From Ranitomeya imitator (taxonomy: Eukaryota): a stretch of 64,000 nucleotides of DNA. A model generated the notes under the pieces. It was given only the letters and a program-made list of their open reading frames with translations. It had not been told where the DNA came from and searched no databases. The position numbers and the translations under genes were made by a program. Below are positions 48,605 to 62,334 of this stretch, piece by piece (position 1 is the stretch's first letter; every line of letters starts with the position of its first letter). The DNA is taken from contig NC_091284.1 of the NCBI RefSeq assembly GCF_032444005.1, positions 14,942,001 through 15,006,000 on the forward strand. The letters are read 5' to 3'.

Positions 48605-50288
48605 ACGGTGGAAAATGAAATGCTAGGTGAAATCCCAAGAAACAATGAAAACCCTATATAAAGGGTCACCAATCTAACCCAAGAAGAGGTGCGAAACCGG
48701 CTAAATAAGATCAAAATAGATAAATCTCCGGGTCCGGATGGCATACACCCACGAGTACTAAGAGAACTAAGTAATGTAATAGATAAACCATTATTTCTTA
48801 TTTTTAGGGACTCTATTGCGACAGGGTCTGTTCCGCAGGACTGGCGCATAGCAAATGTGGTGCCAATATTCAAAAAGGGCTCTAAAAGTGAACCTGGAGA
48901 TTATAGGCCAGTAAGTCTAATCTCTATTGTTGGTAAAATATTTGAAGGGTTTCTGAGGGATGTTATTCTGGATTATCTCAATGAGAATAACTGTTTAACT
49001 CCATATCAGCATGGGTTTATGAGAAATCGCTCCTGTCAAACCAATCTAATCAGTTTTTATGAAGAGGTAAGCTATAGGCTGGACCACGGTGAGTCATTGG
49101 ACGTGGTATATCTCGATTTTTCCAAAGCGTTTGATACCGTGCCGCACAAGAGGTTGGTACACAAAATGAGAATGCTTGGTCTGGGGGAAATTGTGTGTAA
49201 ATGGGTTAGTAACTGGCTTAGTGATAGAAAGCAGAGGGTGGTTATAAATGGTATAGTCTCTAACTGGGTCGCTGTGACCAGTGGGGTACCGCAGGGGTCA
49301 GTATTGGGACCTGTTCTCTTCAACATATTCATTAATGATCTGGTAGAAGGTTTACACAGTAAAATATCGATATTTGCAGATGATACAAAACTATGTAAAG
49401 CAGTTAATACAAGAGAAGATAGTATTCTGCTACAGATGGATCTGGATAGGTTGGAAACTTGGGCTGAAAGGTGGCAGATGAGGTTTAACAATGATAAATG
49501 TAAGGTTATACACATGGGAAGAAGGAATCACTATCACCATTACACACTGAACGGGAAACCACTGGGTAAATCTGACAGGGAGAAGGACTTGGGGATCCTA
49601 GTTAATGATAAACTTACTTGGAGCAGCCAGTGCCAGGCAGCAGCTGCCAAGGCAAACAGGATCATGGGGTGCATTAAAAGAGGTCTGGATACACATGATG
49701 AGAGCATTATACTGCCTCTGTACAAATCCCTAGTTAGACCGCACATGGAGTACTGTGTCCAGTTTTGGGCACCGGTGCTCAGGAAGGATATAATGGAACT
49801 AGAGAGAGTACAAAGGAGGGCAACAAAATTAATAAAGGGGATGGGAGAACTACAATACCCAGATAGATTAGCGAAATTAGGATTTTTTAGTCTAGAAAAA
49901 AGACGACTGAGGGGCGATCTAATAACCATGTATAAGTATATAAGGGGACAATACAAATATCTCGCTGAGGATTTGTTTATACCAAGGAAGGTGACGGGCA
50001 CAAGGGGGCATTCTTTGCGTCTGGAGGAAAGAAGGTTTTTTCACCAACATAGAAGAGGATTCTTTACTGTTAGGGCAGTGAGAATCTGGAATTGCTTGCC
50101 TGAGGAGGTGGTGATGGCGAACTCAGTCGAGGGGTTCAAGAGAGGCCTGGATGTCTTCCTGGAGCAGAACAATATTGTATCATACAACTATTAGGTTCTG
50201 TAGAAGGACGTAGATCTGGGGATTTATTATGATGGAATATAGGCTGAACTGGATGGACAAATGTCTTTTTTCGGCCTTACTAACTATG
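48605..50288 (+). mobile_element. CR1 LINE (family A), 5'-truncated, with the RT-to-end ORF intact (48689-50194)
   Basis: 501-aa open frame with all RT motifs; TAACTATG tail. Confidence 0.95.
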
Positions 50289-53150
50289 TAAGAACGCAAT
50301 CTTATATATACAGATGGAACGGTACGACCTGGGAGATGTCAGGAGAAGCACAGGGAAAGTGAAGCATGAATACTGTGCGGAACCCCATGTTAATGCTGTA
50401 ACTGGTCTGGACGAGCTGAGGAAGTATTCAAGTAAATTTGTTTGTTTAAAGTTGGAACTGGACTCAGTCTCTCTTTGCGTGCAATTGACAGGAGTGAACC
50501 TTCAACAATCCAGAGGGGAACCGCAGAAAGCAGAGAGACAGGTACGCTGACCAAGGGACATATGTCGGGTGGCCAGGGTGTGTTCCAACAGCTGTCATTG
50601 CGGGCCACGAATTCGGCTCTGGCACCCATAACAGTGGCAGAAAGTGACAATAGCGCATATTTCACCGGGATCCTACGACGCACATTTAGTTGAAATATAT
50701 TACAGAGCAGAAACCCACCGGCTCAAAAAAGTGACACTCTGTAGCCCGTATTTAGACAGTGATGGGTCATAATAAAGGCGACCTCTACTAAGGCCTTTTC
50801 CACCATAATTGGAGTCGGTGGTTTTGGTTGTAGTAAGTGGTAGATGCCAAACAAGTGATAAGTAAGTGGTTGAGGCAGTGGTGCACACCGACAGAATAGG
50901 CCCCTGTTCAAGAACAATATAAGGGCCCTTTGCATCCATTTGTTCATCATAATGCACAATTTCACCTGCTTTGGTGCTCATGGAGGCCTCTTGACCTCAT
51001 GGGCCCCAGTGTGGCTGCACAGGTCGCGCCAATGATATGTCCACCCTTGGGTTTCGAGATAAGGAGAAGGTCATGGAAGTGACTAAGTCTAAAATCGATC
51101 CACATGTCATGTCATTACTTATTTTCCATGGTGTGGTTTGCAATTAATCACTAACATCAACAGGAAAATTATTCACACTGTATTTGAAGCAATTTTTTAT
51201 GTGGATATTTAAGTAAATCTCCTTCTAATCCAAGTCTAAAAACTGCGTGCGAATGCCTCCAGTCTGCATTCACCATCTGAAAGAAATGGACAGATGTTTT
51301 GTGAAGTCTCCTCCTAGGCACATCCTAGTTGATTCAGTTTCTTTCTTATCCGTTTTTTCCCTGAATCAGGTACACTATTTAATCCACCTTCTTTTATCCG
51401 TTGACTCTTACAATGGCTCACGTAACACGGATGGAACTCTGAAGTACACCGTCCGTCTTCCTAGCTTCATCCGAGTCTCATGGATCTCATAGCCTTTCTT
51501 GGCCAATTGTGATCCACAAACTCTGACGAGGATAGGATGTGTCCTGAGACTCGCGGACCGGAGACACAGACTGACTTGTGAATGGCTCAATGAAAGTCTA
51601 TGGGTCCGAGAATAAACAGAAGCACTAGGACTTGTCACACGGATGTGTGAATGTAGCCTTAGAGAAAGTATCCAAACCATAGGGCAGTGGACCCTTCAAG
51701 AAATGTTTTTCACACCATGTGGACTTGTTGGGTCAGGGATACTTAGTAGGTGTAGAGATTCTATGAGGATAATATAAGGTGACCATTTGTTTGGGTGGTT
51801 TGGTGTCCTCCCCCTCTCTAACTATTGTTTAACATTTCCTAATAATTTTATTTCTGGGGTTTCTGGTTACTGTGGGTAGGATGTGGTATCTCTAAACATG
51901 ACTGTTCTTTCTTCCACTTCCTGTTTCTCATGGTCCTAAACTTCTTTTTATGTTCAAAAAAAGGCAACTTTATGATTAGCATTTATTAAAAAAATCTCCT
52001 ACTGTGTGGTACATACAGCTTAGAATCAGAACTACGTGTCTCCATGGTTACAGACTACAAACAAACCCAGCGTAGTCTGGTGCCACAGTCATGAAGCTGC
52101 ATTTACACCGGTTGATAATCCATCAGATTCTTACGCTTACGGCCCATTGTTCATGATAACTGCGTAGTGTGAAAGTGATGAGTGACTGAGCCATGTGTCC
52201 AAAAATGCTCGTTCATCCTGTAGGAAATCATTTAGGTGACCTAAAGAATTCTCTATCAACTTTTGAAAATTGTGTAACATAAATGGAAAATGTTTCCTCG
52301 TTCAACGACTTGACCGGCAAAAAGGAGCAGAGGAAATTCAAGTCCGAAATAGGTGTAATCGTGCTCCAAACCAAAAAATAATTCAGGACTCGCAGTCGGA
52401 GAATAGGAATCAGTGATCCCGGTCCACGATATTGCGACATAACGATCACTATTCCACCATTTCACTCCCGCTTCTCCGTCCTGTGTAATTATTTATCTGA
52501 CATCATTTCCTTGCCACGAGTTACAATCATGTAAAGCCTTAACCCCCTTCCTGAAATGGACAATTTCCATTTTTGTTTTTTTTCCCCTCTTCTTTCAAGA
52601 ACCATAACTTTATTTTTATTTTTCAGTCCACATCGCCATATGAGGGACTGTTTTTTTGTGGGACAAGTTGTACTTTTCAATTACACCATTCATTTTACCA
52701 AGTAGTGAACTGGAAAATGGAAGAAAAAATTCCAAGTGCAGTGAAATTGTGAAAAACACATAATTCTGACATTGTGTTTTGGGAATTACTTTTAGCGGAC
52801 ATTGAGTGGTAAAAATGACCTGGCAGTGTGATTCTCCTCATCAGGGCTCATTCTCACTTGCGATGAAATCGGACGAATGCAATTCGATTAAAAATCGGAT
52901 TACATTTTGACCAATGTTATTCTATCATTGTGTGTTCATCTGCGATTTAATTTTTGCACCTCGGATCGGTTCACGATCTTACTGGAAAAAATGGCAGTAT
53001 ACCAGAAATCGGATCACACTTGACAATGGAAGCCAAAGGGTGTGAGAAAAAAAAAATCACACAGCACTCGGACCATGCGAGCGCCGTCCAATTTTTACAT
53101 GCCAGCAATTCAGCAGCCACATACTGTAAAATCACTGCAGGAGACGACAG

Positions 53151-54593
53151 CATAGTAACATAGTAACATAGTTAGCAAGGCCAAAAAAAGCCATTTGTCC
53201 ATCCAGTTCAGCCCATATTCCATCAGAATATATCCCAAGATATAGAGTACGTCATTTTAAAGAACCTAATAACTGTATGATATAATATTGTTGCGCTCCA
53301 GGAAGACATCCAGGCCTCTCTTGAACCCCTCGACTGAGTTCGCCATCACCACCTCCTCAGACAAGGAATTCCAGATTCTCACTGCCCTAACAGTAAAGAA
53401 TCCTCTTCTATGTTGGTGGAAAAACCTTCTCTCCTCCAGACGCAGAGAATGCCCCCTTGTGACCATCACCTTCCTTGGTATAAACAGATCCTCGGAGAGA
53501 TATTTGTATTGTCCCCTAATATACTTATACATGGTTATTAGATCGCCCCTCAGTTGTCTTTTTTCTAGACTAAATAATCCTAGTTTTGCTAATCTCTCTG
53601 GGTATTGTAGTTCCCCCATCCCCCTTATTAATTTTGTTGCCCTCCTTTGTACTCGCTCTAGTTCCATTATATCCTTCCTGAGCACCGTTGCCCAAAACTG
53701 GACACAGTACTCCATGTGTAGTCTAATCGGGGATTTGTACAGAGGCAGTATAATGCTCTCATCATGAGTATCCGGACCTCTTTTAATGCCCCCCATGATC
53801 CTGTTTGCCTTGGCAGCTGCTGCCTGGCACTGGCTGCTCCAGGTAAGTTTATCATTAACTAGGATCCCCAAGTCCTTCTCCCTGTCAGATTTACCCAGTG
53901 GTTTCCCGTTCAGTGTGTAATGGTGACATTGATTCCTTCTTCCTATGTGTATAACCTTACATTTATCATTGTTAAACCTCATCTGCCACCTTTCAGCCCA
54001 AGTTTCCAACTTATCCAGATCCATCTGTAGCAGAATACTATCTTCTCTTGTATTAACTGCTTTACATAGTTTTGTATCATCTGCAAATATCGATATTTTA
54101 CTGTGTAAACCTTCTACCAGATCATTAATGAATATGTTGAAGAGAACAGGTCCCAATACCGACCCCTGCGGTACCCCACTGGTCACAGCGACCCAGTTAG
54201 AGACTATACCATTTATAACCACCCTCTGCTTTCTATCACTAAGCCAGTTACTAACCCATTTACACACATTTTCCCCCAGACCAAGCATTCTCATTTTGTG
54301 TACCAACCTCATGTGCGGCACGGTATCAAACGCTTTGGAAAAATCGAGATATACCACGTCCAATGACTCACCGTGGTCCAGCCTATAGCTTACCTCTTCA
54401 TAAAAACTGATTAGATTGGTTTGACAGGAGCGATTTCTCATAAACCCATGCTGATATGGAGTTAAACAGTTATTCTCATTGAGATAATCCAGAATAACAT
54501 CCCTCAGAAACCCTTCAAATATTTTACCAACAATAGAGGTTAGACTTACTGGCCTATAATTTCCAGGTTCACTTTTAGAGCCCTTTTTGAATA
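53151..54593 (-). mobile_element. CR1 LINE (family A), 5'-truncated, open frame to the stop
   Basis: RT motifs in ORF 53266-54669; (CATAGTAA)n tail at 53151 on plus. Confidence 0.95.
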
Positions 54594-56063
54594 CTATTTT
54601 GAAGCATAGAATAGATTGATTACATACAGTAAATACACATAGAAGAGATATACAGATGTCTGTGACCAATACAGTTAGTACAGTGTGTGTGCAGTTTACT
54701 GTATGTGTAATTAATTAATAAAAGATTATTTTTATGAAAAAAATGGCATGGGCTCCAGCGCAATTTTCTTAACCAGCAGAGGGAAAGCCACGGCTGGGGC
54801 AGATGTTTATTACCTGGGAAGGGGATAATACTCATGGTGCTTCCCAGGCTGTTAAGTTCAGCTCACAGCTCTCTAAGATGCGCCATTCTGCTACTTAGCC
54901 TCGCTCTTCCCATTTGCACTGATGCGGTGGGAAGTGGGGTGATAGTTGGGGGGTTGATGTCACCTTTTTATATTTTTTCCTTCTTTTAATATCTTTATTT
55001 TTTATGGGGAGAAAATGGGGTAATTTTTTTTTTACTGTATTTATTAGTTGTTGTTTTTTTTTAGTTTCCCTAGAGGACCAGAACCTACGATTCCTGCATA
55101 CAAAGTAAATTCATAGTGAAACATTTTTCTGTCATCACGAATATGTCCAAAAAAATAGAAGTAAGCGCTGGGCACCAAACAATAACATCAGGGGGAAAAT
55201 ATGATCTGCCAGGGCTAGGAGGGAAAAGCAGCGTTGGTGTTCAGTAGATACTGTACAAATAAAGTATAATAATAAGAAACAATAAATTATGGCACTCGCC
55301 GAGCTGCATAAAAATCCTTCGTTTCCAAAATAAGTGCCTATCAACCTTATTTAGGACTTGAATTTCTTCTCCTTTTTGACAGTTGAATCGTTGAAAGAAC
55401 GAACAATCTCTATCTACATTACACAATTTTTGAAAGTTGAAAGAATTTTTTCGCTTGACTAAACAATTCTACGCAAGAGGAAGAAGCATTTTTGGCCACA
55501 TGGTTCAGTTGCTGAACGCATTCACATCACACCATTATCGTGAACGATGGGTCGTTATCGTTAATGTTAGAATCTGACGGATCATCGGACGGTGTAAATG
55601 CAGATTTAGTCTCTTATCTGCCTCCTCTTTCATGGTCTATAGGGGCAGAGGGAGTGAGATCACACACAATCTGGAGAATCTACAGACAGCAAAAGAGGAG
55701 GCAGATGAAACAAAGTCAGAGGAAGACATGACTTCAGGATCAGACTACAATGGGTTTGTGTGTTGTCTGTAACCTTGGAGACACATCAATCCGCATATGA
55801 GCTGCACCCGCAAAAAAGGTTGGGGGCTACACAATCCTTAACCCCTTCCCACTCGTGGTACAAAACCATTAAATCTATAACGCCAATGCCGTCGTCCCTG
55901 CATGTCCTTGTCCCTCCTCCAGGCAGGAATGCCGACATTCCCACTGCCCCAACTGCGTGGCTGTGTCTCCATTCCCTGCTGAGGCTTCCTGTGTATGCGC
56001 ATGAGGCACAGGACTGACAGAAGTTTACCTAGTGAGCGCTATCCAAATCTTAAAGGGGCAGTG

Positions 56064-57229
56064 CAGCGCCGCAGGGTCCTGGTCGTTGCAGTAATGTAAT
56101 TCTTCCACCAGGGGGAGTGATGTTACATCTGATGGAAATAAAGGAGATCACCTTACCAGGTATCACAAACTACACAACACACTTCACACTCCAGGCCGCC
56201 AGGGGGAGCCATGCTTCTATCTATTAGGGCACTCCTCACAATTAGGTAAAACTGGTAGTCTGGATAGGAAGTGAGACAGAAGCTGGGTGGAGAGGGAGAG
56301 AGCCAGACGCAGACTGAGTTCTGCAGAGGACGAGGGTCCACGGAGCTGCGCCTGCCCCACGTGCGGCAGCATCCTAAGAAAGAGACATTAGAAAGGAATT
56401 GTTTTGTAGTGAGTGAGAAACGAAGTCATAGCACAAGGAGAGGAATCCAGAGGGAGTTCTGCCCTGTAATAGGCTGCCTCCCTCTGAGGCGCAGAAGCCG
56501 GTAGCCAGAACACCGAGGGAGTAAGGATCTCTATGCTTTACTTCAGAGACTGGCAGGACAGTTAATTCTACGTTGGCTGCCTGACCTTTTACCCAGGAGG
56601 CACGGTGGCAACTTGTGGGGGCTGGGGCATCTCTAGGGTCCCTGTAAAAAGCCTCAGGCACCAGTCATACGGGTTTGTCCTATCCTATCCATCAGGGGGA
56701 CAGAGAGAAAGTGATAACATCTGCAACAGTTGTGAGGACCTCACCGAGTTGCTCAGCAGGGAGGGACTACAATACACAGGCACTAGAGGAAGGCTACTGA
56801 TTTCCACCTGGATAAGGGGACTCTGGAGTTGCCTTCAGACTGGTCGAACTCTGCCTGCCCTGTGATCTGGTGCTCTGGACTGTGGACACTGAAGCCTCCA
56901 GTAAAGGTAAAGAGACTGCAACCTTGTGTCCTCGTTATTCTCTGCGCCTCACACCATCCACCGTCACCACCTACACACCGGGAAGCCCTGGGGACATACT
57001 TCACCTGTGGGAAGGTATACCATCCAGCTGCCATAACATCACCCGAGCGGACCCCTAAGCAGTGTCGGTCGCCACAGGTGGCGTCATGAACATTATCCTA
57101 TAAACATTCGTCCTTTTATTGGATGCCCCTCAAAGGGCCACGGACCAGGTCAGGCCACCGTGACATTCCCGACGAGAACCGAAGGACCCGGTACCGAGTA
57201 CCCTATTGCCCTGACGTGGGGGCGCTCCA
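56064..57229 (+). mobile_element. Solo LTR (~1.17 kb) of the X/Y family
   Basis: TGCAGCGCC...GGCGCTCCA ends; flanks GCAG / GAAG (TSD with one mismatch); homologous to 13639-14120 and 29900-30293. Coordinates approximate by 1-2 bp. Confidence 0.75.
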
Positions 57230-57563
57230 GAAGCACGCATTCTTTGGAAATACCTCAGCCAATAGCTGGGAGGCATCAATATATAAGGCACACTCCCCAG
57301 TAGGGAGGTGCCTGAGCAACGCTCCCACCTTAATTTTGTTAGTGTTGTGCAACTAGTCAGTTGCCAGTACACCACAAGACGGGGTAATAATATTGTACAG
57401 GAGTTTTGATTACACAATAAATACCAACAAAATTTAAACTAACCAGAAAAAACTCATCTTTAATTCATCTTTATTAAATAGCAATAAAACATACAGAGAC
57501 ATATCATAAAAACTAAGTTTAAAGGGGATTGTTTTTCCAGAGATAGAAGTGGTCAATCATATA

Positions 57564-58150
57564 CAGTGGGTATGGAAAGAATTCAGCCAGGTCTAGGAAG
57601 ACTTCTGTTGGCCCCAAACTTCTTCCATTTATGGATTATGGAGGCCACTGTGCTCTTAGGAACCTTGAGTACTGCAGAAATTCTGTTGTAACCTTGGCCA
57701 GATCTCTGCCACAATTCTGTCTCTGAGCTCCTTGGCCGATTCCTTTGACCTCATGATCCTCATTTGGTCTGACATGCACTGTGAGCTGTGAGGTCTTATA
57801 TAGACAGGTGTGCGTCTTTCCAAATCAAGTCCTATCAGTTTAATTACACACAGCTGGACTCCAAAGAAGGAGAAGAACCATCTCAAGGAAGATCACAAGG
57901 AAATGGACAGCATGGGACTTACATATGAGTGTCTGAGCAAAGGGTCTGAAGACTTATGACCATGTGATATTTCAGTTTTTCTTTTTGATCAAATTTGCAA
58001 AAATTACTACATTTCTGTTTTTTTCAGTCGAGATGGGGTGCAGAGTGCACATTAATGAGGAAAAATTAACTTTATTGAATTTACCAAATGGCTGCAATGA
58101 AACAAAGAGTGAAAAATTGAAAGGGGTCTGAATACTTTCCGCACCCACTG
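57564..58150 (-). mobile_element. Internally deleted copy of the 1185-3570 Tc1 family
   Basis: TA at both ends; one full TIR plus the transposase 5' end (MRSKESAKELRDRIV) joined to ~27 bp of the other TIR. Confidence 0.85.
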
Positions 58151-59128
58151 TATACACACAAAGTAAATGCATGAGTTTACAACTATTGGGATAAGATGAT
58201 AGGTATTTCAATCTATCAAAAAATCTATGTACAGTAAATCATGTGAGACTATAGACAAAACAGGCGCGTGTTAAGATACTGTGGCTCTATCTGGTGGCTA
58301 TGTGCAAAAATTAGGTAAGTTGAAGGTTCCTATCGGGTTTAAATACCTAGATATATAAATATATATACAAAATCACAAAAGATAAGCCTCATTTCAAGAC
58401 TAGTAAATATAGTTAGATAAATAATTATAAGCATTATATTCAACGCAGAAGGATAAAAATGTGATGGACTGGTCAAAAGATAACCCATATAGTGAGAGGA
58501 CACAGAGCAAAAAAAGGGTCTAATCACAGCAAACAGTGCGTCAAACCCATGGGGTAGAAAAGTAAAAAAATAATATGTATATAAAGTGCTAGCAAGTGCT
58601 ATATAGCATATCCATGAGTCTGGTGCAACCAGCTAAAATTGTGGAGATAAAAATCCTAATAAGAAAGTCTGGAATCAATGTCCTAAAACAACGTGCTGCA
58701 AGTCTACAGAGTGAGGTCTGATATTTACCGCTGTTTCGTTTCACCACGTCGGCTTCCTCCGCTTTAATGCAGCTATATACGCGCTTCCTTTTTGAGGGCT
58801 GAGTTGTATTTTTCATTTCCACCAATTTCAAGTACTTATAACTTATTGATTAAATTTTATTAACTCTTTCTAAGGGGCTGGAAAAAAATCCAGCAATTCT
58901 GTCTGCGATCACAATGTTACTTTTATTCTATGGGTCCTTATGATTACGGTGATATCAAATGTGTTGTTTTATTATGTTTTACGTATTCGCAGTAATATCT
59001 CATCCCCTGTAGAAATTATTATTTTTTGTTTCTGCATTTCAAGAGCCAGAACCGTCTTACGTGGGATTATCGTTTTGTGGGACGAGTCATATATTTCATT
59101 ACAACCATCTTTGGATAAATATAAATGA

Positions 59129-60701
59129 CTAGATGGTGTCCCGATTCTAACGCATCGGGTATTCTAGAATATACATGTCCTTGTAGTATATTGCCCAGCC
59201 ACGTAGTATATTGCCCAGTCATGTAGTATATTGCCCAGTTGCGTAGTATATTGCCCAGCCGCGTAGTATATTGCCCAGTCACGTAGTATATTGCCCAGCC
59301 ACGTAGTATATTGCCCAGTCACGTAGTATATTGCCCAGCCACGTAGTATATTACCCAGCCACGTAGTATATTGCACAGTCACGTAGTATATTGCCCAGCC
59401 ACGTAGTATATTACCCAGCCACGTAGTATATTGCCCAGTCACGTAGTATATTGCCCAGCCACGTAGTATATTACCCAGTCACGTAGTATATTGCCCAGTC
59501 ACATAGTATATTACCCAGCCACGTAGTATATTGCCCAGTCACGTAGTATATTGCCCAGCCACGTAGTATATTGCCCAGCCACGTAGTATATTACCCAGTC
59601 ACATAGTATATTGCACAGCCACGTAGTATATTGCCCAGCCACGTAGTATATTGCCCAGTCGCGTAGTATATTGCCCAGCCACGTAGTATATTGCCCAGTC
59701 ACGTAGTATATTGCCCAGTCACGTAGTATATTGCCCAGCCACGTAGTATATTGCCCAGCCACGTAGTATATTGCCCAGCCGCGTAGTATATTGCCCAGCC
59801 ACGTAGTATATTGCCCAGCCACATAGTATATTGCACAGCCACGTAGTATATTGCCCAGTCACGTAGTATATTGCCCAGCCACGTAGTGTATTGCCCAGCC
59901 ACGTAGTATATTGCCCAGTCACATAGTATATTGCCCAGCCACATAGTATATTGCACAGCCACGTAGTATATTGCCCAGTCACATAGTATATTGCCCAGCC
60001 ACATAGTATATTGCACAGCCACGTAGTATATTGCCCAGTCACGTAGTATATTGCCCAGCCACGTAGTATATTGCCCAGCCACGTAGTATATTGCCCAGCC
60101 GCGTAGTATATTGCCCAGTGACGTAGTATATTGCCCAGTCACGTAGTATATTGCCCAGCCACGTAGTATATTACCAAGCCACGTAGTATATTGCCCAGCC
60201 ACGTAGTATATTGCCCAGTCACATAGTATATTGCCCAGCCACATAGTATATTGCACAGCCACATAGTATATTGCCCAGTCACATAGTATATTGCCCAGCC
60301 ACGTAGTATATTGCCCAGCCACGTAGTATATTGCACAGCCACGTAGTATATTGCCCAGCGACGTAGTATATTGCCCAGCCACGTAGTATATTGCCCAGTC
60401 ACGTAGTATATTGCCCAGTCACATAGTATATTGCCCAGTCACATAGTATATTGCCCAGTCACGTAGTATATTGCCCAGTCGCGTAGTATATTGCCCAGCC
60501 GCGTAGTATATTGCCCAGCCACGTAGTATATTGCCCAGCCACGTAGTATATTGCCCAGTCACATAGTATATTGCCCAGTCACGTAGTATATTGCCCAGTC
60601 GCGTAGTATATTGCCCAGCCGCGTAGTATATTGCCCAGCCACGTAGTATATTGCCCAGCCACGTAGTATATTGCCCAGTCACATAGTATATTGCCCAGCC
60701 A
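59129..60701 (-). mobile_element. Second copy of the minisatellite Helitron, 3' part only
   Basis: Same CTAG and hairpin terminus and the same 20-bp array; no 5' TC end seen. Confidence 0.8.
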
Positions 60702-61030
60702 TGTTGTTCTGTCCTCACTAGCTGAGGCAGGCTCATACGTAGCTATACAGTCAGCTAAACCGCTATACCGGGGTCCAATAAGGAGACTGTGGTTGAGTCT
60801 GTGCTTTATTAAACGTAGTGGTATATTGATGCGGTGAAACTGTGAACAATGATATACATAGAATCAGTGCATGGTATAGAACAGATACATAATACATATA
60901 GTAACGAAGAAAATGTGGCACTCACCCAGAAGAACTGCTAAATTAGTTTTCTTTATTCATCGTGCGGTAAAACAAAACATTTTTGGAGAGGCGGCTGGGA
61001 TCGGGTAATGGTGCGGGGAGAAGGAAAAAA

Positions 61031-61070
61031 GGACGACGATCGTTTCGCGCAAATGCGCTTCAACGGGTCC
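61031..61070 (-). ncRNA. Mirror copy of the PLE hammerhead-like motif
   Basis: Exact reverse complement of 63334-63373. Confidence 0.65.
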
Positions 61071-61264
61071 AGGTGCACAAATTAAAAACGTCATATCCTT
61101 TATAGGGAACCAGCTGACGTAATACTTGCAGGTGTGTGAATTAAAAACACAAATAGTTAAGTGCAAAAACAATATTAACAAGCACAAATAAATTGTAACA
61201 TTATCAAGCATATATGAAAAAAGAATCTTCTCTGATATTACAAAAAAAAGAGTCTTATCTGATA

Positions 61265-62334
61265 TTACAAGAAAATCGACATGTCTAATTTATCGTTAAG
61301 ACCAATAGGTCCCTGGGCATTGGTATCCATTATCCATTTTGCCTCCCGTTGTAGTAAAATTTTATTGCGATCTCCGCCCTGCACGGGGTGTTTTACAACT
61401 TCTAAGCCAGCGAACCGCAAAACATTGGGGTTCGCATTGTGGTACTCATGTACATGTTTGATAAACCGGGGGCAGCCTTTACCAGATAATACTGAGTTAT
61501 AATGCTCTTTAAATCTGGTAACCATCGGACGTATTGTTTTGCCGATATAATAAAAAAGACATGGGCAGAGAATTAAATAGACTACGTATTGGGTTTTGCA
61601 TGTGATTAAATGCCGAACGAAATGGCGAACAGGACCTATGCGGATAGGATTCTCCAACAGTCTTAAATGGCAAAACTTACAGTTTCCACACTTGTGGTTA
61701 CCTGTTGGTTGTGCACGTGTGAGCCAATTACTATCTACCGGAGATAACCTGTTGGTAACTAACAAGTCGCCCAAATTTTTTGTCCGCTTATAGCCAAATC
61801 TTGGCCGATTCATGGCCACTGCTGATAAATCTCTGTCATTTTGCAAAATGTGCCAGTTTTTATTTATGGCCGCATAGATGTTCTTATCGATGGGGCTATG
61901 CGTAAAAGTAAACGTAAATCTTTTTTGTCGTTCATCATCTTCACGATGAAGCTGTTGTTTGCGCTTACGAGTTTTTAATAACTCGTTTTGGGAAAGTTGT
62001 TTAACACGCTGTTCAGCTGCTGTTAAGATATAGGGAGGATAATTTCTTTTTAGGAAATCATTTTTTAACTCCGCTAACTGGCGTTCAAAGCTTATTTCGT
62101 TATTGTTAATTTTTCTGTAACGTACCATTTGGCTATACGGGAGACTATTTTTAGTGTGTTGTGGGTGCGCACTAGAGAAATGCAACAAACTATTTGTTGC
62201 ACTCGATTTTTTATGTACTTGCGTACTCAAAATTCCATCCGTAATATTAAGCTTGACATCCAGAAATTCAAGAGTATTACCGCCATAGCAAGCTGTAAAT
62301 TGCATGTTTTCGTTGTTTACCTCATTTAGATACT
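61265..62334 (-). CDS. PLE ORF C-terminal part (RT thumb, zinc knuckle, GIY-YIG endonuclease), 5'-truncated
   Basis: Open frame from YLNEVNNENMQF to DKLDMSIFL*. Confidence 0.85.

Noticed and set aside
58730-58765. Third hammerhead-like string on minus (CGGAGGA-A-GCC..GGT-GAAA)
   Set aside because: No palindromic stem III, no UH cleavage site and no stem I pairing.
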